The notes under the pieces are model-generated. The model made no database searches. It saw only the letters and a program-made list of their open reading frames with translations, and was not told the origin of the DNA. DNA of 64,000 nucleotides from Eledone cirrhosa (lineage: Eukaryota): NCBI GenBank assembly GCA_964016885.1, contig OZ024741.1:343418001-343482000 (forward strand), written 5' to 3'. The first letter of the stretch is position 1, and each line of letters begins with the position of its first letter. Of the stretch, positions 53,232 through 64,000 are shown in pieces. The position numbers and the translations under genes are program-made.

Positions 53232-54605
53232 TACACACACATATATATATATATAAAGAAAAAAAAAAAAAATACACACAGTCAGACAATTATGCACACA
53301 TATATATATATATATACATACACACATCTCTACAAATATATATACACATACACACGCACACATACATATATACATACACACATATATATACATAGACATA
53401 TATATACACACATATATATACATATATATACATACATATACATACATATATATATATACATATATATATATATACACAATCATACACACTTATTTACATG
53501 CGCACATATGTATTTTTATACTCACATACAAACACCCAAACATACATACCTACTTACATACACATACATACATCCACGCTTACAAATACAAATAATTATA
53601 GGGGGGGAAGGGGATTAACATTATTAGTGGGAAATAGTAAATATAGGTTTCAAGGAACATAGAATATTAATCTGCATTTAGATCATAATATGTGTTTACA
53701 TAGTAGTTTCAGTATTAGGAAATGTAAGAAAGAAGGCAAAATTATGCATTTTAATATAAGTAGACTATTAATTATAGGTTAACTAAATTAAAAATAGTTA
53801 ATATATTGATTTCTAAGGTGTATACTACTTAGGTTTATAATATTTGAAGCGGAATTTTGAAGTTAAACAGTAGTAGAGTATTAATTATAGCATAACTAAA
53901 TTAAAAATATTAACATTATGGCATCAATATTAGGAAATGAATTTAGTAATAGGGAAAACCAAATCAAGTATTTCATCGGTAGTAGAATATAAATTATAGG
54001 TTAACTAAATTAAAAATTATATATTAATTTCTATAGTATATGTTAATTAGGTTTATAATAATTAAAGCAGATTTTGTATTTTATCTATAGTAGAATATAA
54101 TTATAGGTTAACAAAAATTAAAATTAATATATATATATATATTTAATTGTAAAGAATATATTAATTAGGTATATATTTAAAAATTTATCTCAGTTTATGA
54201 TTACATGATATTCTGCAATCTATCTGTATTAGAATTTTAATTTTAAGTTAATTAAATTAAAATTATAGGTTAACTAAATTAAAATTAATTTATAAATAAA
54301 TTTCTAAATTGTACATTAATTAGGTTTATAATATTAAAAAATATCTCTCTGTTATTGATTACACGATATTTTGTTATATTTCATCTGTAAAGGAATTTTA
54401 ATAAAAGGTTAAATAAACTAAAATTAATCTATAAATTAATTTACAAAGTATATATTAATTATGTTAATAATATTTAAAAGTTTTTTCACAATTTATGATT
54501 ACACAATATTTTTTAATCTCATCTGTAGTAGAATTTAATTAAATTAAATTTATAGGTTAACTACATTTAAATTAAATTATATATTAATTTCTAAAATATA
54601 TATTA

Positions 54606-55435
54606 TTAATTAGGTTTATAATATTTAAATGTTTTTCTCAGTTTATTAAAACTATGTTTGTGGGTATTAAACCTTACCTTAAAATTGTTAGAAGTAGCTC
54701 CTATATATGAGCAAATAGAATCTTTAGTTTTAACTTTACATTTATAAACTATGTTGTTAACAAGATAATTTCCTTTTAATGGGCAGTTTGCTTTGTTTCT
54801 ACAGTTACAACCTTTCGTTAATTCTGTATTTGAGGAGATATTATGGTTAGTTTGATGTATTGGTAGTATACTTATGGTATTTTTACATTTATATGCATTA
54901 TAGGCACTTATATTTTGTTTTATGTTTTTGGTTGTTGAGTATGAGAATTTAATTGTTGACCTATTTAAGATTTGATGGTATTTGTGGTTTGGCGGGAAGT
55001 TTTTCTCTAGGATATAAAAAAATTTTTTAGCAATATTATCCTTAATTTGTAAATTAAATGGAGCATTATACCAAGTAACTCGTCTATTACGGTTTCTATG
55101 TTGTTTATTATTTTTATAGGTTGTATCGTGATGTTTCCTAGGAGGATTAATGTTAATGACCTCACCACGCACATTTTTAGTTAGATTTATTGATTTAGGT
55201 GTTTTATCTTGTTTATTAAGAGTTTTATTATTAACATTTATTAGAGTTGTATGATGAGTAGTTTTTTGAGAGTTACTATACTTTATATTAGAGGAGTTGT
55301 TGGTATTTTGGGGTATAGTGTGGGTGGCATTTAGTTGTGTACTTTTCATTTGGTGTTTGTTGGTAATATTAGGTTGTATGTTTATAGTATTTTTAGTAGA
55401 AGGTATATATTCTAATCTATTTAGAATATATACCT
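54606..55435 (-). pseudogene. Penelope linker + GIY-YIG N-terminal part
   Basis: VTWYNAPFN..NIAKKFF..FPPNHKYHQILNRSTIKFSYS..CNCRNKANCPLKG..IVYKC..YIGATSNNFKVRFNTHKHSF. Confidence 0.85.
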
Positions 55436-55499
55436 CATTAATCCTCCTAGTAAACATCACGATACAACCTATAAAATTAATAAACAACATAGAAACCGT

Positions 55500-55668
55500 A
55501 AAATGTTTTAAAAACTATCAAAATAATAGAAATGAATGTAGATTATGTTCCCAAGAACTATTTGAAATAATGAAATCTAAGGATATCCTATTAAATAAGC
55601 GACAGGAATTAATTATATCGTGTAATCATAAACTGAGAAAAACATTTAAATATTATAAACCGAATTAA
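55500..55668 (+). pseudogene. Penelope GIY-YIG C-terminal part (inverted relative to the N-terminal part)
   Basis: CRLCSQELFEIM..LLNKRQELIISCNHK. Confidence 0.75.
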
Positions 55669-56627
55669 TAATATATATTTTAGAAATTAATATATAATTT
55701 AATTTAAATGTAGTTAACCTATAAATTTAATTTAATTAAATTCTACTACAGATGAGATTAAAAAATATTGTGTAATCATAAATTGTGAAAAAACTTTTAA
55801 ATATTATTAACATAATTAATATATACTTTGTAAATTAATTTATAGATTAATTTTAGTTTATTTAACCTTGTATTAAAATTCCTTTACAGATGAAATATAA
55901 CAAAATATCGTGTAATCAATAACAGAGAGATATTTTTTAATATTATAAACCTAATTAATGTACAATTTAGAAATTTATTTATAAATTAATTTTAATTTAG
56001 TTAACCTATAATTTTAATTTAATTAGCTTAAAATTAAAATTCTAATACAGATAGATTGCAGAATATCATGTAATCATAAACTGAGATAAACTTTTAAATA
56101 TATACCTAATTAATATATTCTTTACAATTAAATATATATATATATATATATATATTAATTTTAATTTTTGTTAACCTATAATTATATTCTACTATAGATA
56201 AAATACAAAATCTGCTTTAATTATTATAAACCTAATTAACATATACTATAGAAATTAATATATAATTTTTAATTTAGTTAACCTATAATTTATATTCTAC
56301 TACCGATGAATATAGGTTGTATGTTTATAGTATTTTTAGTAGAAGGTATATATTCTAATCTATTTAGAATATATACCTCATTAATCCTCCTAGTAAACAT
56401 CACGATACAACCTATAAAATTAATAAACAACATAGAAACCGTAAAATGTTTTAAAAACTATCAAAATAATAGAAATGAATGTAGATTATGTTCCCAAGTT
56501 ACTTACATATATACACACACCTAACTGTATTTTCTTGATATATTTTTGTGTATTTCATTGGTCAATTTGAACTCTGTTCCCAAACAGACCTGTAATTTTG
56601 AATTGTTGTTATTATCAATAAATATAT

Positions 56628-56780
56628 TTCATTATTTCTGAAGACGGCATATGTATGTGTTGGTATGTATATTAGATTTGATAGTTTGTATAATTTTGTA
56701 TAATTTTGTACATACATCTGTTGAATATGCATGCCAATTCTAACACATATATGTCCTAGAAACGATCGTTAAATAATGAA
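56628..56780 (+). ncRNA. Type I hammerhead ribozyme with long stem II and palindromic stem III (inverted twin at 51834-51986)
   Basis: TTCATTATTT-CTGAAGA-[long hairpin]-GAAA-CGATCG-TT-AAATAATGAA; 10-bp perfect stem I; GUU site. Confidence 0.7.
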
Positions 56781-56836
56781 CTGTTTTTGTTTAATATAAG
56801 GAACTGTTTCATTGTTTTATTCATTATTTTTTTAAT

Positions 56837-56906
<70 letters not shown>

Positions 56907-57475
56907 GTTTGTTAAAATAATCAAATTAAACTAATTCAACAGTTAAAAACATTTAGGAATAATAAGGCTGTTACCAAAGAGTCAGAAGATTGACTATTCG
57001 ACACTAAATATGACTAACAGCTGTAGGAAAGCCATGAACGACAACACAACACTTTAACTTTTATTTTGAAAGTCTGTTTAGAATTATTAATTTTCATTAT
57101 AGCTTTGTAGCTGTCTCGGTGACCTAGTTATAGGAATCATAGACGGTGGTGATCATGGGCTGAAGTTCGGTCCTAGTCGGGAGTAGGGTTCCCGGTAAAA
57201 CGTTTTATTTTTTTCTATGGGTTGTAAAATAAAAAGTTTACATGTACCTCTCGACCAGGATTGAACCCAAGTACAGGATCTACAAAGTCTCTAGCACCTA
57301 CCGCTAGTCCACTAAGACAGCTCCGAATTTCTTGTGAAAATGCATGTATATTATACACACACACACACACATACACATATATATAATGTCAATTAGATCC
57401 CGAGGTATTTTTGTACGAGTTGAAAATATGTTATGTATACATATATATATATAACTCTATATATACATATATACA

Positions 57476-57506
<31 letters not shown>

Positions 57507-57512
<6 letters not shown>

Positions 57513-58585
57513 GGATATGTGTTCCTACACGCACAAAGCGCTAAGGGACACATGTATTGTCCAACCATATGCCAATGTGGTTCAATGGCAGGTGGTTAAT
57601 AAATTAACGAGCCAGAACATATATAATCAGGTTTAGCAAATAATGAAAAAGTTTCAAAATAAATTTAAAAAAATTGTGTCCCTTAGCGCTTTGTGCGTAT
57701 AGGAACACATATCCTATTATTACTATTATTACTTAACTCCTCTATGTTGAGAAAAAAATTTGGTCGTTCCGACTGCTGCTAGTGATAGTCGTGGCCGTTT
57801 GACCTACCTCCCTCTGCCTCTATCTTTACTTTCGGTCCTTGAAAAAATTGATTCCACTTCATTTACTCTCATCTCGGGAACAGTTTTGGATAGCGCTAGT
57901 TCGTAATTTAAATTCAAGAATGTTATATTCTTCGAATGAAAAGAACCTTCTGACGAGAATCTTTCTTTGCAACGAAGGCCGTATGGTCTCCGTTTATTTT
58001 TGAGATTCGAAACCTATTCGGTAAAGGTAACTATAGTAAGTAAAGTCATTTTTTAAAATTTATTTTGAAACTTTTTCATTATTTGCTAAACCTGATTATA
58101 TATGTTCTGGCTCGTTAATTTATTAACCTGTCATTGAACGACATTGGCATATGGTTGGACAATACATGTGTCCCTTAGCGCTTTGTGCGTGTAGGAACAC
58201 ATATCCTATTATTACTATCCTCCTCTATGTTGAGAAAAAAATTTGGTCGTTCCGACTGCTGCTAGTGATAGTGGTGGCCGTTTGACCTACCTCCCTCTGC
58301 CTCTATCTTTACTTTCGGCCCTTGAAAAAATTGATTCCACTTCATTTACTCTCATCTCGGGAACAGTTTTGGATAGCGCTAGTTCGTAATTTAAATTCAA
58401 GAAATTTTATATTCTTCGAATGAAAAGAACCTTCTGACGTGAATCTTACTTTGCAACGAAGGCCGTATGGTCTCCGTTTATTTTTGAGATTCGAAACCGA
58501 TTCGGGAAAGGTAACTCTAGTAAGTAAAGTCAATTTTTTTAAAATTTATTTTGAAACTTTTTCATTATTTGCTAAACCTGATTAT
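57507..58585 (+). mobile_element. ~490-bp tandem pLTR/retrozyme-like repeat (about 1.85 units) preceded by an inverted ~165-bp piece
   Basis: Units start at 57675 and 58167; 57507-57672 is the reverse complement of ~58047-58213; one hammerhead per unit. Confidence 0.8.
57945..58028 (+). ncRNA. Canonical type I hammerhead ribozyme
   Basis: ACCTT-CTGACGA-GAATCT...AGATTC-GAAA-CC-TATTC-GG-TA-AAGGT: all three stems pair; GUA cleavage predicted after 58023. Confidence 0.85.
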
Positions 58586-58764
58586 ATATATATATATATA
58601 TAGTGACGAAACATAAGTCAATTGGATGAACTCATAATCCTTTATTTACTGCCATATATATTTCGATGATAGCCATTAGATGGCTACGACATCATCAGGC
58701 AGTTAGTCAGTTCTTAGATATGCCAGCTCTGTGTTTAGAGTGTTGATGGTATCAGAGCCTTGGG

Positions 58765-58803
<39 letters not shown>

Positions 58804-58806
<3 letters not shown>

Positions 58807-59470
58807 AATCTGAGCTTTTCGAATATTAATAATAACATTCGATTCGTTTGCAATTATGCAAACAAGCCTCAATTTTGTAGCCATGTCAGTAGAATGAACA
58901 CTTCATTCTTGCTCTTGTGTTGGCATGTGAACAGAACTGCAGACACTAATGTTTCTGGGTATTACCCTTCATTAGTACAGCTCACTGTTCACCTGCCAAA
59001 CTGTCAGATCTAGTGAAAATATATGCTATTTTCAAAAATACACATTGAGTGATCGGCCTGATTTGCATATTAGCAGACTGGCTGATCAGTCAGATCTGCA
59101 TATTAGCAGATCCACTGATCAGCCAGATTTGCATATCAGCAGACTGGCAAGTCAGTTTCTTGTATACAAGCGATAAATGGCCGGCTTTGCCAAATTCAAA
59201 TAAAATAGAAAATTTCGCTCTACATGGCTGAATACAATAAATGTAATCTGAGTTTTTCGAATATTAATAATAACATTTGATTCGTTTGCAATTATGCTAA
59301 CAAGCCTCAATTTTATAGCCATGTCAGTAGAATGAACACTTCATTCTTGCTCTTGCGAACATTACTTCATGGCTATAAAATTGAGGCTTGTTTACAAATG
59401 AGTCGAATGTTATTATTAATATTCGAAATACTCAGATTACATTTATTGTATTCAGCCATGTAGAGCAAAC
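58804..59470. mobile_element. pLTR family shared with 48325-48660, direct plus inverted pieces
   Basis: Same TAATCTGAG..TTCGAATATTAATA..GCCATGTCAGTAGAAT block at 58804, 59242 and inverted at 59368-59465; mutated hammerhead at 58934-58983. Confidence 0.7.
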
Positions 59471-59479
59471 TTTTACTAT

Positions 59480-59780
59480 ATATTACTTCAAAATATTAAT
59501 AAATATAGACATTCATGTGATCAAATATATTTTATAATACATATTTCAGAGGTACTGAGGTATGACTGCCAAGACTGGAATTGAACCATCAGCACAGTTG
59601 AGGTATGTCAGACATCAATTTATTTTATCTGATGAGGACATACGGATGAAATAACTCAGTACCTCTGAAATATGTATAATAAAATATATTTGATCACATG
59701 AATATCTATATTTATTAATATTTTGAAGTAATATTAATAACTCCAGAAAACCTCACTGTTGAGTGCTTCTAATCTATTGT
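59480..59780 (+). mobile_element. pLTR of the 544-1650 family with inverted 5' piece and hammerhead motif
   Basis: TATTTTAT-CTGATGA...GAAA-TATGTATA-ATAAAATA at 59621-59686; 59480-59558 is inverted at 59654-59735. Confidence 0.65.
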
Positions 59781-59826
59781 AAAACTTTATTCATTGATTA
59801 ATCAATGAACATTGTTAAACTTTTGG

Positions 59827-59887
<61 letters not shown>

Positions 59888-60094
59888 AAAATGTTTAACC
59901 CCGACGGCAGGGTTCAAGCCGTTTCGACGGCTATATCTGGACTGAGTCCAGAAATAGATGTCGAAACAGCTTGAGTTCTGCCGTCGGGGTTAAACATTTT
60001 CCTATTACCCACTCTACTACCCTAAGTATTGATTACTCTGGTGCGTTATGGTCCATCTGGTTCCTTACCACACCTCCTTCGTTATATATATATA

Positions 60095-60164
60095 TATGTT
60101 TTTTAAAATTTTATATTTATAATCGTTTTGGTTCCTAAGATGAGGTCAATTCTTAGTTCAGTTT

Positions 60165-60224
<60 letters not shown>

Positions 60225-62640
60225 AAACTGAACTAAGAATTGACCTCATCTTAGGAACCAAAACGATTATAAATATAAAATTTAAAAAAACATGTCACTG
60301 ATGCTGGGGACTACAAAAAACATGAAAGAATGAAAGACAAACCATACCACTTATCATTCGAAGGATAGAAACCGAATTAAAATACATTCTAAAATCAAAG
60401 AAGTTAAACGTTTAAATTATGGTGGAACTATAAAACATAAAATAAGCAGGTGTAATATTATGGGGCATAAATATGATGAAAGGGAGACTATTTGATAAAA
60501 AGACTTAAAACTGGTTCTTAACGGAAGTTAGTGTTGATATACTAAGGAGATATTTAAAAAAGGATGAGAAGTGTTACTATTATTCATTACGGTAGAACAA
60601 AACAATGAATATAGGTTTGAAAAGAAATAGCGTGCAATATTACTCAAGAGAGTTAATATGAGAGGAATCATTATGAATAAAATAATTAGACAGATGGAGC
60701 AAAAAAAAATTATAATTTATTATAAAATAAAGGGTAAGATAAAGATAGAAAAAAAGAAAAGTATGCTTATATTTAATTACCAAGCTAGGTATACCAGGGT
60801 ATAAGACGTCAAATTATTAGACTAAATGAACACATGTTCATCTAGTGATTGTGTTGAGTTTAGTAATGAGGGTAGGTCTAAGTTAAGGGTCATACATATG
60901 TGTGAATAAATAGTGTAAAGAACAAAAGGAAAGACTAAAACTAAGGAATGAAAAGAGTTGTTAATATGTTAAGCTAAGTTAAAAAGAGATATGGCATTAA
61001 GAATACTAATTATGAAAATAAAAAAATTAAAATTAAAATTAAAAAATGTAAAAAGAAGCGGGTTATAAAGAATGTGATCAAAGAGTATATAATTTGTCAC
61101 ATAAGGACAAAAAAAGACGTTGATAGTGAGGGTTAATACTAAAAAGTATTAGGATGGAGGGATGCTAAAGGAAGTGTGTTATAAATAATTATAAATCAGA
61201 CTAAGTTAAAAGGAGTATAAATCTATTGGGAAAGGAGAGCTTAAAGAAACAAAAAAACAACAACACTTATTAAACTAAGAAAGAGGGTATCGAGGATTTG
61301 GAGGAGGAGTTAAAGATTAATATATAAGGTAGGGATAAGGGAAAAAATAGATGAAAATAAAAAAATATAAAACAAATAAGTAGAACAGTTATACTAGTTT
61401 TAGTGTAAAGATAAGATAGGTAAGGGGGTCCTTGGGATAGGTAAAAAGATAGCCACGTCAACTAATAGAATCTTAGCAGGATCAAATACTGTTAGCGAAC
61501 GAGCCAGCCAAATGATGATGGCAATTAATTACAATCTCATTGCGATTATTTATTGGGCTGGGCTTAGACATAGTTATGAAAAAAGCTTCCGTTGGACAGA
61601 GATCACAATGACCTTTAAGGAGACCACTGTAAGGAGAGGATTTATCTAAGATATCCCAGACTAAAGAGTATTCAGTATTTGACAGCTCCAGTTCATTAAT
61701 ATATTTAGCTAAAGACAGTCAATTTTAAATTTCTATTCTCAAAGGAATGTTTATGGGAATTTAAACGAATCTTAAAACAGCTAACAGTAGTTCCAATTTA
61801 CGTTTTAATGTCACTATGGGTGTTAACAGTGCATCTATATACTACATATTAGTAAGACAATGACCATCAAGAAAGCAGCTATTAGGATTTCTACAATTAC
61901 AGTTTAGGTAAGAAGCAGTGGTGATTGTAGTTAAGGGGATAGAACTAGTTGGCGTGTCATTTTAAAGTGAGGTGATAGGGGAGTTAAAAGAAGACCTATT
62001 AAAGTTAGAATTATTAGTATTCAAAGGGTTAACTGGTAGAGGTAGATTAACAGAAAGGGAGACAATGTTTGTTTAGATACTTATGGTTACTAAAAGTAAT
62101 ATGGTCTGCAGGGTTAGAGGTAGTAGGGAAAGAAATCTTAATTTATTTTTGTTAAATAAGATATAGTACTTATGGCTAGGTGGGATGTTGCTGCGCAAGA
62201 TGGAGAATGGCTAAGTGGGAAGTTGCTGCGCAAGATGGAGAAGAACCTTTTGGGGAGGTTAGAAACGACGCTACGGCAGAACGGAGGATTAAACCAGGAA
62301 CAATTTCTAAACCATTTTCGGGGAGGAATACTTGTAGAATAAGAAGGGTTTAAAGGTACATGTAGAGTATATTTTAAGTTATTATACATACTAGTGCATG
62401 AATTCTTAGTATTAAGAGAAAGCAGTTGGTTAGGATGTCTACTAGAGTTAATCTTGAACTCATTGCAAGGAATGGGTAGCAAACCATAGTTAGGAGACCG
62501 GTTCTTTCTATTTTTGTTTTTAAATCTATTATTACTAGAAAGATAACTCTGCGCAATTACATTATTTTAAAGTAAACTATGAGGACAGTTCTTAATTCAG
62601 TTTTATTACCATCTGTTCTTATCGATTATATAGGACATCA
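60095..62640 (-). mobile_element. Degenerate Penelope-like element
   Basis: Minus-strand RNCSWFNPPFCRSVVSNLPKRFFSILRSNFP, LNCNCRNPNSCFLDGHCL, VYRCTV and IRLNSHKHSF at ~61500-62330; fold-back 60095-60170 / 60218-60292 around (TA)n. Confidence 0.7.
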
Positions 62641-63051
62641 TTTTTATTTTTATGAACTGCATTTTGATCTGATTTCTGAAACAATTGTAAACCAATAAAT
62701 ATATTTGTTCAAGAATTCGGCAATGTATTCTCAAACAATTAATTTTTATATTAATGCTCTGTCTATACAATTTTTTCTTGGCACATAATTCTCTTGCTTG
62801 CTTTTATTGTTCGCTTGTCTTGCATTTTATACGCTTTGAGTACACTCTCCTCTTCACTACTGGCTTATAATTCTCACAACTAATCTCCTATCTCTCCTTC
62901 TTGACTGGTTAGTACACAAACATTCGATATATATATACATATATATATATATACATATATTTGCATATACAGTGAGGAAGATAATAGATGTATACACAAA
63001 TACGCAGCAACGTGAATTCAAAACTATTATGAGCATACATACATACACTCA

Positions 63052-63169
<118 letters not shown>

Positions 63170-63689
63170 AAGACAGATGGAGTGAGTATGTGTGCGTCTG
63201 GGGTTGGTGCCGTATCACAATGTAAATAGAAATGAAGCTAGAAAAAAAAGAAAGAAACTGAACTAGGTATCACTGTAAGTATTCTTCTATATCTACTAAA
63301 CTTATTGCATTTACATGTTTGCCATATTTACCTCAGATCAACATTAACGAAACACCATTAACACCCACCCAAACAACACCAGTAGCAACACGATTGTCGC
63401 TGCTGTCACCTTTATTACCAACAGAAAATGGTTTTCCATCAATACACATCTCACATCTCGCAAATTCTTTAGCATTTCTAGGGCTACATAGATTCCAGTG
63501 CAAGTGATACCAACAAAGCCCATCTTCCATTACAATCAATATCAATCTTCTACTCCTCTATCACTCAACAACCATAACTACGTTGTACATTCTGTGTATG
63601 TACGTACAGACATAAACACGCACACACACGCAGACATATATAAATATATAACATATATACAGGCACACTGGCACGCATACATATATATA

Positions 63690-63803
<114 letters not shown>

Positions 63804-63804
63804 T

Positions 63805-63836
<32 letters not shown>

Positions 63837-64000
63837 ATATATATACGTATATATATATATATATGTTATTATATTTATTACTGTATTTTCAGTTTTATAT
63901 ATATATGTGCGTCTGTAGAGAGAGGAAGTGAAAGAGAGAGAGAGAGAGAGTAAGTGAGACAGTGAGAGAGATAAATCTTAGTGAAGTACTTAAGAACATT

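Noticed and set aside
53740-54640. Spaced AT-rich repeats (AATTATAGGTTAACTAAATTAAAA) superficially CRISPR-like
   Set aside because: Degenerate minisatellite in a Penelope 3'UTR; spacers are related to each other, the context is eukaryotic, and there are no cas genes.

Overview
AT-rich, microsatellite-saturated metazoan DNA with no supportable host gene. The SINE and repeat content suggests a cephalopod, probably an octopus (inference only). The window is dominated by nested, microsatellite-targeted non-LTR retrotransposons. (i) Three Tx1/L1-clade copies sit in (TATC)n at 3.2-13.6 kb, inside a fold-back palindrome; one is full-length with an intact 1145-aa APE-RT ORF2. (ii) A head-to-tail trio of related Tx1 copies sits in (ATT)n at 28.2-39.6 kb, bracketed by R4/Dong-type RLE LINEs that use the same (AAT)n on the opposite strand. 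(iii) A tRNA-derived SINE has a 3' end resembling the Tx1 3' end, inserts in the same (ATT)n in the same orientation, and is fused to the 5' end of one Tx1. Also present are many Penelope-like GIY-YIG relics with fold-back pLTRs carrying about 15 hammerhead-ribozyme motifs (a few with intact cores, one in a ~490-bp tandem unit), a non-autonomous Helitron, a hAT MITE, a long-TIR element and an internally deleted RTE. The best leads are the possible Tx1-SINE partnership, a conserved 51-52-nt GT-AG mini-intron-like spacer that would fuse ORF1 to ORF2 in frame, and ORF1/5'UTR swapping on a near-identical ORF2. Alignments were done by eye, so boundaries of degenerate elements are approximate.
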